This document shows, one piece after another, positions 10,294 to 22,063 of a stretch of DNA of 64,000 nt (positions are counted from its first letter, which is position 1; each line of letters begins with the position of its first letter). Source of the DNA: Escherichia coli (lineage in GTDB: Bacteria > Pseudomonadota > Gammaproteobacteria > Enterobacterales > Enterobacteriaceae); NCBI RefSeq assembly GCF_009931435.1, contig NZ_CP043414.1. One strand, written 5' to 3'. The notes beneath the pieces were generated by a model. That model ran no database searches and was not told the origin of the DNA. It saw only the letters and a program-made list of their open reading frames with translations. Made by a program: the position numbers and the translations under genes.

Positions 10294-11391
10294 ATGAAAG
10301 GACGTTGGGTAAAGTACCTTCTTATGGGCACGGTTGTGGCAATGCTTGCCGCCTGCTCTTCCAAACCAACCGATCGCGGACAGCAATATAAAGACGGGAA
10401 ATTTACCCAGCCTTTCTCTCTGGTAAACCAGCCAGATGCCGTTGGCGCGCCAATTAACGCCGGTGATTTTGCCGAGCAAATTAACCATATCCGTACTTCG
10501 TCACCGCGTCTGTATGGCAACCAGAGTAATGTTTATAATGCGGTGCAGGAGTGGCTACGCGCAGGCGGTGATACCCGCAATATGCGTCAGTTCGGCATTG
10601 ACGCCTGGCAGATGGAAGGTGCCGACAACTATGGCAACGTGCAGTTTACGGGCTATTACACGCCTGTCATTCAGGCGCGCCATACCCGTCAGGGCGAGTT
10701 CCAGTATCCTATTTACCGTATGCCGCCAAAACGTGGTCGTCTGCCGTCTCGTGCGGAGATCTACGCGGGAGCATTGAGCGATAAATACATCCTCGCTTAC
10801 AGCAACTCTCTGATGGATAACTTCATTATGGATGTGCAGGGTAGCGGGTATATCGATTTTGGTGATGGCAGTCCGCTTAACTTCTTCAGCTATGCCGGAA
10901 AGAATGGTCATGCCTATCGCAGTATTGGTAAGGTGCTGATTGACCGTGGCGAAGTGAAAAAAGAAGATATGTCGATGCAGGCGATTCGTCACTGGGGTGA
11001 AACACACAGTGAAGCCGAGGTTCGCGAGCTGCTGGAACAGAACCCGTCTTTCGTCTTCTTTAAACCGCAATCTTTTGCTCCGGTGAAAGGGGCAAGTGCG
11101 GTGCCGCTGGTTGGTCGCGCTTCAGTTGCGTCCGATCGTTCCATTATCCCGCCTGGTACAACCTTACTGGCAGAAGTGCCGCTGCTGGATAATAACGGCA
11201 AATTTAACGGTCAGTACGAACTGCGGCTGATGGTGGCGCTGGATGTCGGTGGTGCAATCAAAGGCCAACACTTCGATATTTATCAAGGTATCGGGCCGGA
11301 AGCCGGACACCGCGCAGGTTGGTACAACCACTATGGACGTGTTTGGGTGCTGAAAACCGCCCCGGGCGCAGGTAACGTCTTTAGCGGCTGA
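10294..11391 (+). CDS. mltA: Membrane-bound lytic murein transglycosylase A (lipoprotein)
   Basis: MKGRWVKYLLMGTVVAMLAACSS lipobox; 365 aa; ORF-track N-terminal extension overlaps tRNA genes and is rejected. Confidence 0.9.
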   Translation: MKGRWVKYLLMGTVVAMLAACSSKPTDRGQQYKDGKFTQPFSLVNQPDAVGAPINAGDFAEQINHIRTSSPRLYGNQSNVYNAVQEWLRAGGDTRNMRQFGIDAWQMEGADNYGNVQFTGYYTPVIQARHTRQGEFQYPIYRMPPKRGRLPSRAEIYAGALSDKYILAYSNSLMDNFIMDVQGSGYIDFGDGSPLNFFSYAGKNGHAYRSIGKVLIDRGEVKKEDMSMQAIRHWGETHSEAEVRELLEQNPSFVFFKPQSFAPVKGASAVPLVGRASVASDRSIIPPGTTLLAEVPLLDNNGKFNGQYELRLMVALDVGGAIKGQHFDIYQGIGPEAGHRAGWYNHYGRVWVLKTAPGAGNVFSG

Positions 11392-11467
11392 TGTGTTATT
11401 CTGTATACCGTTTTGACGGATACGACAGGGTGAGGGATAACCTCGCCCTTTTTAATTCTGAGGTGCT

Positions 11468-12274
11468 ATGTCTGTGGTAATTAGTGATGCATGGCGTCAG
11501 CGTTTTGGTGGCACTGCGCGTCTGTATGGTGAAAAAGCGTTGCAACTGTTTGCTGATGCGCATATTTGTGTGGTCGGTATCGGTGGCGTTGGTTCCTGGG
11601 CGGCGGAAGCGCTGGCGCGCACGGGTATTGGCGCAATCACACTTATCGATATGGATGATGTGTGCGTCACTAATACCAATCGGCAAATTCACGCGCTGCG
11701 AGATAACGTCGGGCTGGCCAAAGCGGAAGTCATGGCCGAACGTATTCGCCAGATTAACCCGGAGTGCCGTGTAACGGTGGTGGATGACTTCGTGACGCCG
11801 GATAACGTAGCGCAATATATGAGTGCCGGTTATTCGTACGTGATTGATGCCATTGATAGTGTGCGACCCAAAGCGGCGCTGATTGCTTATTGTCGGCGCA
11901 ACAAAATCCCTCTGGTCACGACTGGTGGTGCTGGTGGGCAGATTGATCCGACGCAGATTCAGGTTACCGATCTGGCGAAAACGATTCAGGACCCGCTGGC
12001 GGCGAAGTTGCGCGAGCGCCTGAAAAGCGATTTTGGCGTAGTGAAAAACAGCAAAGGTAAGCTCGGCGTGGATTGCGTGTTCTCTACCGAAGCGCTGGTG
12101 TACCCGCAGTCAGACGGTACGGTGTGCGCGATGAAAGCCACGGCAGAAGGGCCGAAGCGGATGGATTGTGCATCTGGATTTGGTGCGGCGACGATGGTGA
12201 CCGCCACCTTTGGTTTTGTTGCGGTTTCTCATGCGTTGAAGAAGATGATGGCGAAAGCGGCGCGTCAGGGGTAA
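11468..12274 (+). CDS. tcdA: tRNA threonylcarbamoyladenosine dehydratase (ThiF/MoeB-like)
   Basis: VVGIGGVGSWAAEALARTGIG Rossmann motif; 268 aa; synteny with csdAE. Confidence 0.85.
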   Translation: MSVVISDAWRQRFGGTARLYGEKALQLFADAHICVVGIGGVGSWAAEALARTGIGAITLIDMDDVCVTNTNRQIHALRDNVGLAKAEVMAERIRQINPECRVTVVDDFVTPDNVAQYMSAGYSYVIDAIDSVRPKAALIAYCRRNKIPLVTTGGAGGQIDPTQIQVTDLAKTIQDPLAAKLRERLKSDFGVVKNSKGKLGVDCVFSTEALVYPQSDGTVCAMKATAEGPKRMDCASGFGAATMVTATFGFVAVSHALKKMMAKAARQG

Positions 12275-12280
12275 ACAATC

Positions 12281-12316
12281 AGGTCGGATGCGACGCGAAC
12301 GTCTTATCCGACCTGG
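12281..12316. repeat. REP-like palindrome between convergent tcdA and csdE
   Basis: AGGTCGGAT...ATCCGACCT inverted repeat. Confidence 0.4.
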
Positions 12317-12324
12317 TTTTGTGC

Positions 12325-12768
12325 TTAACCCTGCTTTGCCGCCGCGATAATCGCCTCGCTTAACGCATTCAACCCCTGACTGCGAGAGGCGCTAAGTTGC
12401 GCACGCAATCCCAGCTCATCAAACAATGCCAGCGGCGACTGTGCTTGCAATTCGGCGGCGGTTTTCCCCTCAACGGCAGTCAACAACACCGCCAGCAGGC
12501 CGCGCACAATGCGTCCTTCGCTGTCGCCAAAGAAATGCATCGTGCCGTTTTCAGCCACGGTATATCCCAGCCAGACGCGGTTTTCGCATCCGGCGATCTC
12601 TTTAGCCTGCGCTTTTAACTCGTCTGGCAAAGCTGGAAGCTGTTTCCCCAACATAATTAGCTGACGATATTTGTCTTCCCATTGAGTCAACGGCGCGAAA
12701 GTTTCGTGTAACGTCTTTACGGTAACGGTTGTGCCGAACGGATGTCCGGCGTATTGCGGGTTCGTCAT
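12325..12768 (-). CDS. csdE: Sulfur acceptor protein CsdE (SufE-like)
   Basis: 147 aa SufE-family ORF immediately downstream of csdA. Confidence 0.85.
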   Translation of the reverse strand: MTNPQYAGHPFGTTVTVKTLHETFAPLTQWEDKYRQLIMLGKQLPALPDELKAQAKEIAGCENRVWLGYTVAENGTMHFFGDSEGRIVRGLLAVLLTAVEGKTAAELQAQSPLALFDELGLRAQLSASRSQGLNALSEAIIAAAKQG

Positions 12769-13973
12769 TAATCCACCAATAATTCCAGCGCACGGTCAAC
12801 GGCATTCACCAGCGCATCTACATCACTCTTTGTATTATATGGCGCAAAAGAGGCGCGCAGTGTGCCGGTTACGCCTAATTCTGCCAGTAGCGGCTGAGCG
12901 CAATGCTGCCCGGCCCGCAGGGCAATGCCGTACTCTGCCAACAGCGTCACCATATCGCTGTGATGAACGCCAGCAAAATCAAAGGCCAGCAGGCTGGAAT
13001 CCTGGCAGCGGAATGAACGAAAGCCTGGACGTTTCGCCAGCGCTTCTTCTGCCAGCGTTGCTAAGCTACGGCTCCAGCTTTCGGCCTGGTTGATATCATA
13101 ATCTGCCAGCCATTCCAGCGCCGCGCTTAATCCTATGACACCAGCGACATTTGGCGTTCCAGCTTCCAGTTTCCACGGCGCAGATTGAGTCGTGAAGCCG
13201 TCAAAACTCACTTCGTGAACCATTTTGCCGCCGCCCAGCCAGGGCGACATCGCTTCCAGCAGTTCTGATTTGCCATACAGCACGCCGATACCTGTCGGGC
13301 CATACAGTTTGTGACCTGAAAAAGCATAGAAATCAATATCCAGTTGCTGAACATCCGCGGGGAAATGCACCGCCCCCTGAGCACCATCAACCATCACCAC
13401 CATCCCGGCTGAATGAGCAAAGGTAATCGCTCGCGCCAGATCCGGGCAACCGCCAGTAACGTTCGACATCTGACCCAACGCCAGAATCCGACTATGGGGA
13501 GTAATCAGTTCAGGCAACAAATCGATATCTGGCAACCGCTGCGCATTAAGCGGCAATTTCAGCACTTTGGCTCCGGTTTGTTGGGCGACCATCAGCCAGG
13601 GGACGAGGTTGGCGTGATGCTCTGCCACACTGACAATAATTTCATCGCCCGGTTGCAGACGCGGACGCGCATAGCATTGCGCCACCATGTTGATGGATTC
13701 AGTGGTGCCACGCGTCCAGACGATAGTTTTGTCATCTGGTGCATTCAGTAATTGCGCCACTTTTTCCCGTGCAGCTTCGTAACGCGCGGTCAGGCGTTGG
13801 GCCTCGGCAAACTGGCTACGATGGACGTTTCCGGCGCTCAGGCTGTAAAACTGTCGGGTTGCTTCAACCACGGCTTCAGGTTTAAGCGCGGTCGCGGCAC
13901 TGTCGAGATAGACGCCCGCATCCTGTAGCGCGGGAAACTGGGCGCGAAATTGCGCGGGATTAAAAACGTTCAT
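12768..13973 (-). CDS. csdA: Cysteine desulfurase / sulfinate desulfinase CsdA
   Basis: Class V aminotransferase; 401 aa from [16 protein letters not shown]; PLP-Lys motif SGHK. Confidence 0.9.
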   Translation of the reverse strand: MNVFNPAQFRAQFPALQDAGVYLDSAATALKPEAVVEATRQFYSLSAGNVHRSQFAEAQRLTARYEAAREKVAQLLNAPDDKTIVWTRGTTESINMVAQCYARPRLQPGDEIIVSVAEHHANLVPWLMVAQQTGAKVLKLPLNAQRLPDIDLLPELITPHSRILALGQMSNVTGGCPDLARAITFAHSAGMVVMVDGAQGAVHFPADVQQLDIDFYAFSGHKLYGPTGIGVLYGKSELLEAMSPWLGGGKMVHEVSFDGFTTQSAPWKLEAGTPNVAGVIGLSAALEWLADYDINQAESWSRSLATLAEEALAKRPGFRSFRCQDSSLLAFDFAGVHHSDMVTLLAEYGIALRAGQHCAQPLLAELGVTGTLRASFAPYNTKSDVDALVNAVDRALELLVD

Positions 13974-14161
13974 GGTACTCCTCGGCTTGATGCACCGATC
14001 GTGACGCAAAATTCACTTTGATACAAGGAGAGTGCTAACCATCAGAATTATCTGGATATCCTGGCGAAGCCGCGTAAGTAACATATGCTAAATAGTGTTA
14101 GGCGTTAATTTTAGCCTGTTAATCAATACTATTAAGATTTATTAATCGCTTTAAGGAGAAG

Positions 14162-14392
14162 ATGATGAAAAAGACTGCCGCAATTATTTCTGCCTGTATG
14201 CTGACTTTTGCCCTGAGCGCCTGTTCCGGTTCGAACTATGTGATGCACACCAATGACGGACGTACCATCGTCTCTGACGGCAAACCACAGACTGATAACG
14301 ATACCGGTATGATTTCGTATAAAGACGCTAATGGCAACAAACAGCAGATCAACCGTACCGACGTGAAAGAGATGGTCGAACTGGATCAGTAA
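14162..14392 (+). CDS. ygdI: DUF903 family small lipoprotein YgdI
   Basis: Signal peptide + lipobox LSAC; 75-76 aa. Confidence 0.8.
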   Translation: MMKKTAAIISACMLTFALSACSGSNYVMHTNDGRTIVSDGKPQTDNDTGMISYKDANGNKQQINRTDVKEMVELDQ

Positions 14393-14408
14393 TTCGCGAT
14401 CGCAAGGT

Positions 14409-14614
14409 AAAAAAAAGCACCGCAATTAGGCGGTGCTACATTAATCACTATGGACAGACAGGGTAAATGTACAGGAAGTGAAAAAAGGTAGCTTTGCTAC
14501 CATGGTCTGAATCGCAGACCAATTGCAAACACAACAACACAACATCACAACCGTAAGCCAAAAGTTCACCAGAACACGCATTCCGATAAAACTTTTCGTT
14601 CCGGCTCAGGAAGT
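14409..14614 (-). ncRNA. gcvB: GcvB small regulatory RNA
   Basis: Reverse complement matches GcvB from memory (ACTTCCTGAGCCGGAACGAAAAGTTTTATCGG ... GT-rich region ... GCGGTGCTTTTTTTT terminator); divergent from gcvA. Confidence 0.85.
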
Positions 14615-14742
14615 GCCGCCACTATAGGTATTTGCTGGTAGAAGCTCAACGGACAATTTATAATGGCTCAGATTAAAAAAACTAATAGGTTACACAGAGT
14701 GATCTAATTGTTAAATTCATTTAACATCAAAGTTTAAAAGCC

Positions 14743-15660
14743 ATGTCTAAACGATTACCACCGCTAAATGCCTTACGAGTTTTTGATGCCGCAGCACGCC
14801 ATTTAAGTTTCACTCGCGCAGCAGAAGAGCTTTTTGTGACTCAGGCCGCAGTAAGTCATCAAATCAAGTCTCTTGAGGATTTTCTGGGGCTAAAACTGTT
14901 CCGCCGCCGTAATCGTTCACTCCTGCTGACCGAGGAAGGGCAAAGCTATTTCCTCGATATCAAAGAGATATTTTCGCAATTAACCGAAGCGACACGTAAA
15001 CTCCAGGCCCGTAGCGCCAAGGGGGCGTTGACGGTCAGTTTACTCCCCAGTTTCGCCATTCATTGGTTGGTTCCACGACTTTCCAGCTTTAATTCAGCTT
15101 ATCCGGGAATTGACGTTCGAATCCAGGCGGTTGATCGTCAGGAAGATAAGCTGGCGGATGATGTTGATGTGGCGATATTTTATGGTCGGGGCAACTGGCC
15201 GGGGCTACGGGTGGAAAAACTGTACGCCGAATATTTATTGCCGGTGTGTTCGCCGCTACTGCTGACTGGCGAAAAACCCTTGAAGACCCCGGAAGATCTG
15301 GCTAAACATACGTTATTACATGATGCGTCTCGCCGTGACTGGCAGACATATACTCGCCAATTGGGGTTAAATCATATCAACGTTCAGCAAGGACCAATAT
15401 TTAGTCATAGCGCCATGGTGCTGCAAGCGGCTATCCACGGGCAGGGAGTGGCGCTGGCAAATAACGTGATGGCGCAATCTGAAATCGAGGCCGGACGTCT
15501 TGTTTGCCCGTTTAATGATGTTCTGGTCAGTAAAAATGCTTTTTATCTGGTTTGTCATGACAGTCAGGCAGAACTGGGTAAAATAGCCGCCTTTCGTCAA
15601 TGGATCCTGGCGAAAGCCGCTGCTGAACAAGAAAAATTCCGCTTTCGTTATGAACAATAA
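14743..15660 (+). CDS. gcvA: LysR-family glycine cleavage system regulator GcvA
   Basis: MSKRLPPLNALRVFDAAARHLSFTRAAEELFVTQAAVSHQIK; 305 aa. Confidence 0.9.
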   Translation: MSKRLPPLNALRVFDAAARHLSFTRAAEELFVTQAAVSHQIKSLEDFLGLKLFRRRNRSLLLTEEGQSYFLDIKEIFSQLTEATRKLQARSAKGALTVSLLPSFAIHWLVPRLSSFNSAYPGIDVRIQAVDRQEDKLADDVDVAIFYGRGNWPGLRVEKLYAEYLLPVCSPLLLTGEKPLKTPEDLAKHTLLHDASRRDWQTYTRQLGLNHINVQQGPIFSHSAMVLQAAIHGQGVALANNVMAQSEIEAGRLVCPFNDVLVSKNAFYLVCHDSQAELGKIAAFRQWILAKAAAEQEKFRFRYEQ

Positions 15661-15678
15661 TTTACGTAGGGTACGACC

Positions 15679-16074
15679 ATGACCAGCCGTTTTATGCTGA
15701 TTTTTGCCGCCATTAGCGGCTTCATTTTTGTGGCTCTGGGCGCTTTTGGCGCGCATGTGTTAAGTAAAACCATGGGTGCCGTTGAGATGGGCTGGATCCA
15801 GACCGGCCTCGAATACCAGGCGTTCCATACGCTGGCGATCTTAGGTCTGGCGGTGGCAATGCAGCGTCGCATCAGTATCTGGTTTTACTGGAGTAGCGTT
15901 TTCCTTGCGTTAGGCACGGTGCTGTTCAGCGGCAGCCTTTATTGCCTGGCGCTGTCCCATCTGCGTTTGTGGGCATTTGTCACACCGGTTGGCGGCGTGA
16001 GCTTCCTCGCGGGCTGGGCGTTAATGTTAGTTGGTGCTATCCGTTTAAAGCGCAAGGGCGTAAGTCATGAATAA
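15679..16074 (+). CDS. ygdD: DUF423 inner membrane protein YgdD
   Basis: 131 aa, 4 TM segments; synteny. Confidence 0.85.
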
Positions 16075-17167
16075 GGTTGTATTGCTGTGCCGTCCGGGCT
16101 TTGAAAAAGAGTGCGCCGCAGAAATTACCGATAAAGCCGGCCAGCGGGAAATTTTCGGTTTTGCCCGCGTGAAAGAGAATGCGGGTTATGTCATTTATGA
16201 ATGTTATCAACCTGATGATGGCGATAAGTTAATCCGTGAGCTGCCGTTCAGTTCATTAATTTTTGCCCGCCAGTGGTTTGTGGTCGGGGAACTCCTGCAG
16301 CATTTGCCGCCAGAAGATCGTATTACCCCCATTGTCGGCATGTTACAGGGCGTAGTAGAGAAGGGCGGTGAACTGCGTGTTGAAGTTGCCGATACCAACG
16401 AAAGCAAAGAGTTGCTGAAATTCTGCCGTAAATTCACCGTGCCGCTACGCGCTGCCTTGCGCGATGCCGGGGTGCTGGCGAACTATGAAACGCCGAAGCG
16501 TCCGGTTGTGCATGTATTCTTTATTGCACCAGGTTGCTGCTATACCGGTTACTCATACAGCAACAATAATTCGCCGTTCTATATGGGCATTCCGCGCCTG
16601 AAATTTCCGGCAGATGCGCCGAGTCGTTCCACGCTCAAACTGGAAGAGGCATTTCATGTGTTTATTCCGGCGGATGAGTGGGATGAACGTCTGGCGAACG
16701 GGATGTGGGCGGTGGATTTAGGCGCTTGCCCAGGCGGCTGGACCTACCAACTGGTGAAGCGCAACATGTGGGTTTATTCCGTCGACAACGGCCCGATGGC
16801 GCAAAGTCTGATGGATACCGGACAGGTGACGTGGCTGCGGGAAGACGGTTTCAAATTCCGTCCGACACGCAGCAATATCTCCTGGATGGTATGCGATATG
16901 GTTGAAAAACCGGCGAAAGTTGCGGCATTGATGGCGCAGTGGCTGGTTAATGGCTGGTGCCGTGAAACAATCTTCAACCTCAAACTGCCGATGAAAAAAC
17001 GCTACGAAGAAGTGTCACATAATCTGGCGTATATTCAGGCACAGCTTGATGAACATGGCATAAATGCTCAGATTCAGGCGCGACAGTTGTATCACGATCG
17101 TGAAGAAGTGACGGTGCACGTCCGCCGTATCTGGGCTGCGGTGGGTGGTCGTCGCGACGAGCGATAA
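16067..17167 (+). CDS. rlmM: 23S rRNA 2'-O-ribose C2498 methyltransferase RlmM
   Basis: 366 aa; overlaps ygdD stop; synteny. Confidence 0.85.
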
Positions 17168-17210
17168 CAGGCAAGGCCGGGGCGTCGTCTCCGGCCTGCT
17201 ACCCTTTCCG

Positions 17211-17942
17211 TCAGGCTGTTACCAAAGAAGCCGCAACCTGGCGCTCATCAGAAATAATGTGCGTGACCTCATCCAGATGCCCGATGCGGGCTTCCCCTGA
17301 ACGATTAAATTTACTTTTATCAATCAATAACAACGATTGCGCGGCACGTTTTAATAGCATCGATTTGTAATCAGCGTTGATGGCATTGGAGTCCCACAGT
17401 GCACCGCTGCTATCGATCCCTTCACAAGAAAAAATAAACAGATCGATTTCCAGCGATTTAAGTTGGGAAATCAGCGAGGGATTGACGTAACAGCCATATT
17501 TGCGCTCAAGTGTGCCGCCGGAACTGATCAGTTGAATGCGTTCACGTTTACCGAGTTCATGGCAAATCGGATGGCTATTGGTGAAGACCTGAATGTCGAT
17601 GTCAGGCAACTGGCGTGCCAGATACCAGCAAGTTGAACTGGCGTCTAAGGCTATCACCATCCCTTCTTCAATCCACGCGAGCGCTTCGCGCGCGATATCT
17701 GCTTTATGCGCATAATGGCTTTTCAGCCGGATGTGAAAGGGATCGCCACTGTCTTGATTTTGACGGTGGATATATTTAGCGCGCCCATGATTGCGCAGAA
17801 TTTTACCCTGCGTCTGTAATTCATTGAGATCGCGACGAATGGTTTCTTTACTGACCTTTAGCTGTTCAGAGAGAGCTTCCGTGGTCAGGCTGGTATGGTT
17901 CAGCAGCAGGTCGACTATCGCTTGCTGGCGTGCCGCTTTCAT
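17211..17942 (-). CDS. fucR: DeoR-family L-fucose operon activator FucR
   Basis: MKAARQQAIVDLLLNHTSLTTEALSEQLKVSKETIRRDL; 243 aa. Confidence 0.9.
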   Translation of the reverse strand: MKAARQQAIVDLLLNHTSLTTEALSEQLKVSKETIRRDLNELQTQGKILRNHGRAKYIHRQNQDSGDPFHIRLKSHYAHKADIAREALAWIEEGMVIALDASSTCWYLARQLPDIDIQVFTNSHPICHELGKRERIQLISSGGTLERKYGCYVNPSLISQLKSLEIDLFIFSCEGIDSSGALWDSNAINADYKSMLLKRAAQSLLLIDKSKFNRSGEARIGHLDEVTHIISDERQVAASLVTA

Positions 17943-17999
17943 ATTTTTCACCCCATCATTCGATAACCGCCCGCGTCATGCGGGCGTACCGGTATGAGA

Positions 18000-18422
18000 T
18001 TACGGTGTTACCCCTTTTTTTAAAAGAATATTCCCGTACTTCGCTCGTTCGCCTGTGATAACGATCGCAAAGGCTTTTTGCGCCCGCTCATAAAACGCAA
18101 AACGATTGATGCGGATGATGTCAGGACAGGGGGCTTGTAGTGAAAGCGCATTACGATAACGTCGTTCTACTTCAGGATCGAGAGTGTCACCTTCTACCGC
18201 CGCCATCATCACCAGCGGCGGTGCATAACTGTCCAGTTCAAATAACGGGATAATCGCCTGGAGTAAGTCGCTCACCAACAGGCCATCAGCACGGATCACC
18301 TGCGGTCCCATCGAATGGGCGGGAAAGTGAGCATCGGAAAAAATAATTTCATCTCCATGTCCCATCTCTGCCAGCACTTTCAATAGTTCGGGAGAAATTA
18401 ACGGCGAAATTGTTTTCAGCAT
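18000..18422 (-). CDS. fucU: L-fucose mutarotase FucU
   Basis: 140 aa RbsD/FucU family; synteny. Confidence 0.9.
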
Positions 18423-18423
18423 T

Positions 18424-19842
18424 TCACACTTCCTCTATAAATTCAGGTTCAGTTTGTGGGTAGAAATAACGGTACTGATAATGAATCTGCGCGCGAGCTT
18501 CTTCCGGGCTGTTAAATTCCCCTACGCCATACCAACCGAACAGCGCAGCTCCTGCGACGGTCGTTTCGGCGTCGTCGAGAACTTTTACCGGAATATCAAG
18601 CATATTGGCTTTAATCTGATTCCACAATGTGTTGCGACTTCCTCCACCTACTAACAATAATTCAGAGGCTTTAAAGTGCCCGATTTTTTCCAGCATCTGT
18701 AGATTGCGCTGTAATTGCGCGGTTAACCCTTCCAGCGCCGCGCGATAGAAATGTCCGCGCGTGGTATTGAGCGTCACTCCTTGCCAGCCAGCGTTCTGAC
18801 ACGACAATAAATCACACTGCATTTTCACGCCATCCGCGCCAGGCGCGATCAGACGAGCCTCTTCAATCAACATTTGCCAGGGCGTTTCAGTAGTCCAGAA
18901 CAGTTTTCTCACCCATTCCAGCACGCCGGATGCCAGCCATTGCATACCGGGGTTATACAATCCTGCCTGGCTATCCAGTTCGCAGGTGGAACCGGCGTAC
19001 TGACTTAGCAGTGAAGTATCAACCTGCGTACTGCGGACCATTAAAATTTCCCAGGTACCGGAAGAGAGCACGGGTTCATTTTGTTCGGCACCAGCACCAA
19101 AAAGGGCGAACTGGGTATCATGACCTGCAGAAATTACCGGTATGCCAACGGGTAAGCCGAGCATTGCTGCGGCGCTGTTCTGTAGCGTACCAATCTGTTC
19201 ACCCGCTTCCACCAGACGAGGGAAGAGTCGGCGTGGAATACCGGTGGCTTGTAAAATTTGCGGACTGAAATCGCGTTGCTGGATATCCAGCATCTGGCTG
19301 GTTCCGGCCATCGTGATATCAGTAGTGAATTCGCCGGTTAAACGGTGGTTAATCAGCGACGAAATAAAGAGCCAGGCGTGCGCGCGTTCCAGCAGTTGTG
19401 GATGATTTTCTTTCAACCACACCAATTTATATAACGTATTGAAACTAAAGGCTCCGACGCCAGAAATAGCCTGCAACTGCTGTGCGGAGATCAACCGTTC
19501 AATATTGTCCATTACCGCTGCTGTTCGCGGACATTTCCAGCTAATGATCGGATAGAGCAAATCGCCTTGCTTATCTACCAGAGCGCCATCCACACCAAAG
19601 GTGGTGACGGCGATACCGCGGATGTGGCATTCAGTCAGTTCACTATTGATTTGCCGACAGCAATCAGCAAAGCGTTGCAAAATGGCGTCTAAAGACCACT
19701 GGTGCCAGGTGTTGTTTTCCATCGCGATATCGCTGGCATTAGGCGTTGAGGCGCGGGCAACAATTTTTCCCTGCCGATTAACCGCGATGGCCCTGACATT
19801 GGTTGCGCCACAGTCGAGTACCAGGATAACTTCTTGTTTCAT
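18424..19842 (-). CDS. fucK: L-fuculokinase FucK (FGGY family)
   Basis: [22 protein letters not shown]-terminus; FGGY signature. Confidence 0.9.
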
Positions 19843-19950
19843 AATCGCTCCTGCAATATAGCCGGATAACATTGTTTATCCGGCTAACCACTCTTGCTTG
19901 TTCAGGCCCGGTAGCCGGAGCGACCGGGCATCACATCAGGGAGTAATGTA

Positions 19951-21726
19951 TTAACGCTTGTACAACGGACCGTAGTTCTGGCAAGCGCGGTAATCCAGGC
20001 CTTCAATATCCATGCCGTGCGCAGCCCAGGCAGAAGGACGATACACTTTGGTCTCTTCAACGTTGTGCATACATACCGGGATACGCAGCATGGAGGCGAG
20101 AGTGATAAAGTCTGCGCCAACGTGGCCGATGGTCAGAACCCCATGGTTAGCGCCCCAGTTCGCCATTACCGAGTACACATCCGTAAACGGCCCTTTACCG
20201 GTGAGGCGCGGTGCAAACCAGGTGGTTGGCCAGGTTGAGTTGGTGCGTTTGTTGAGGATGTCATGCACATCCTTCGGTAACTCAACGCTCCAGCCTTCCG
20301 CGATTTGCAGTACCGGTCCCAGGCCTTTGATGATGTTGACACGGGTCATGGTGAACGGGACACCGCCTTCAGTAAGGAAGCGGGAAGAGTAACCACCGCC
20401 ACGGAAATATTCGTGGATAGCCGGGCACCATTCGGTCGCGGCGAGGCAAGCGTCAGCCTCTTGCTGAGAGATTTCCCAGTGCGGCTTCATCGTCGGTTTA
20501 CCTTCGCTGTCGCGTTGTTTACAGGATCCGTCCAGCGCAGCAGAACCGGAGTTGATCAAGTGGATGATGCCGTGTTCTGCCAGTCCGTCCAGTTTATGCC
20601 CCGTTACTCGCTCAATTGCTTCTGGTGACCAGTAGGTACGCACATCGGCAAATACCTGAGCGGTACCGGTGAGCTGGTGGCCCATTAGCATTGCCACGCC
20701 GTTAAGACTGTCGTTTTCGGTCGCCACGACGAAGGGTTCACGCACGCCATTCCAGTCAAATGAACTGTTAAGGATCGCTTCGGCGGTGTCGCCATTGGGA
20801 TATTGATCGGTCCAGTGACGTTGTCCCTGGAAGCCCGCAGCGATGGCGTTGTAGCCAAGTGATTCTTCCACGCGACCAATATCGGCCAGTTTGCTGTTGC
20901 CTTGCATCATGTCGCGGATACACATCGCCATCAGTAAACTTTCGCGTAGAACTGCGCGGCTTTGCTCGGCATTGCGTTGATACTGTTTGTTATTTTCATC
21001 TTCGCCATAGCGGAAGTTTTTATCAGCCCAGGCCAGCGCCATTTCCAGTTCTGCTTCGTCGTAAATCTTCTGATCAATACGGCGACGCAGTTCGGTCATA
21101 TCCACCGCCTGGACTTTCATTCCCAGCCAGGATTCAAAGAAGTTGTGGTCAACGATGGAACCGGCGATCCCCATCGAAACGCCGCCCAGCGACAGATAGC
21201 TTTTACCTTTCATACTGGCGACTGCCAAACCGGCGCGGGCAAAGCGCAGCAGTTTTTCTTCAACGTCGGCAGGAATCGATGTGTCATCGGCATCCTGAAC
21301 GTCATGACCGTAAATGGAGAATGCCGGGATGCCTTTCTGGCTGTGAGCTGCCAGAGCCGCTGCCAGGTAAACAGCGCCGGGACGTTCAGTGCCGTTAAAG
21401 CCCCAAATGGCTTTCGGGCGGGTAGGGTCCATGTCAATGGTTTCACTGCCATAGCACCAGCAAGGCGTTACCGTAATGGTGAGGCCTACATTCTGGCTGC
21501 TGAATTTTTCTTCGCAAGCAGCAGCTTCAGCCATACCCGCGATACAGGTATCGGAAATGACACACTCGACGGCAGCTCCGCAGGCATGGCGCAGTTTCTC
21601 GGTCAGCAGTGCGGCCGTAGCTTTCGCCATATTCATTGTTTGTTCTTCAAGCGACTCACGAACACCCATGCGACGACCGTCAATAACCGGGCGGATACCA
21701 ATTTTCGGTAACGTATTAATTTTCAT
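19951..21726 (-). CDS. fucI: L-fucose isomerase FucI
   Basis: 591 aa; [19 protein letters not shown]-type N-terminus. Confidence 0.9.
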   Translation of the reverse strand: MKINTLPKIGIRPVIDGRRMGVRESLEEQTMNMAKATAALLTEKLRHACGAAVECVISDTCIAGMAEAAACEEKFSSQNVGLTITVTPCWCYGSETIDMDPTRPKAIWGFNGTERPGAVYLAAALAAHSQKGIPAFSIYGHDVQDADDTSIPADVEEKLLRFARAGLAVASMKGKSYLSLGGVSMGIAGSIVDHNFFESWLGMKVQAVDMTELRRRIDQKIYDEAELEMALAWADKNFRYGEDENNKQYQRNAEQSRAVLRESLLMAMCIRDMMQGNSKLADIGRVEESLGYNAIAAGFQGQRHWTDQYPNGDTAEAILNSSFDWNGVREPFVVATENDSLNGVAMLMGHQLTGTAQVFADVRTYWSPEAIERVTGHKLDGLAEHGIIHLINSGSAALDGSCKQRDSEGKPTMKPHWEISQQEADACLAATEWCPAIHEYFRGGGYSSRFLTEGGVPFTMTRVNIIKGLGPVLQIAEGWSVELPKDVHDILNKRTNSTWPTTWFAPRLTGKGPFTDVYSVMANWGANHGVLTIGHVGADFITLASMLRIPVCMHNVEETKVYRPSAWAAHGMDIEGLDYRACQNYGPLYKR

Positions 21727-21808
21727 CAGGATTCCTCATCTCGCTTTATTGGCGCTCTGCTAAGGCGGAGAAAGGAAACCACCGAAGCAGTAGTATTGGT
21801 CATTATTT

Positions 21809-21824
21809 GCTAACTCGAGTTAGC
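21809..21824. promoter_or_regulatory. 16-bp perfect palindrome GCTAACTCGAGTTAGC (copy 1), candidate operator
   Basis: Exact self-complementary 16-mer with central CG, in fucI/ABC-operon divergent intergenic region. Confidence 0.35.
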
Positions 21825-21868
21825 TTAGGTTTGTAGGCTTTTTATGCACAACTTTTTTGTTGTTGAAA

Positions 21869-21884
21869 TGTGAGGGGCTTCACG
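21869..21884. promoter_or_regulatory. CRP-like site TGTGAGGGGCTTCACG
   Basis: 9/10 match to TGTGA-N6-TCACA half-sites. Confidence 0.3.
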
Positions 21885-22047
21885 AGAAGTGGTTAAAATA
21901 CGATCTCTGTCAAATTATTATTTAGCGGGATAAAAATAAATTTTACGTATAATCAAATGGTTATTAGATTTTAATGGTTATGCATCACAGTTTTAACTCA
22001 AATGATTTGGCTAATTTGTATACCTAAAATAGCTTTAAAAGGCGATC

Positions 22048-22063
22048 GCTAACTCGAGTTAGC
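22048..22063. promoter_or_regulatory. 16-bp perfect palindrome GCTAACTCGAGTTAGC (copy 2), candidate operator
   Basis: Identical to copy 1, 239 bp away, ~130 bp upstream of ABC ATPase start. Confidence 0.35.

Noticed and set aside
10555-11070. 171-aa minus-strand ORF
   Set aside because: Antisense to mltA
20962-21711. 249-aa plus-strand ORF (and 20859-21398)
   Set aside because: Antisense to fucI
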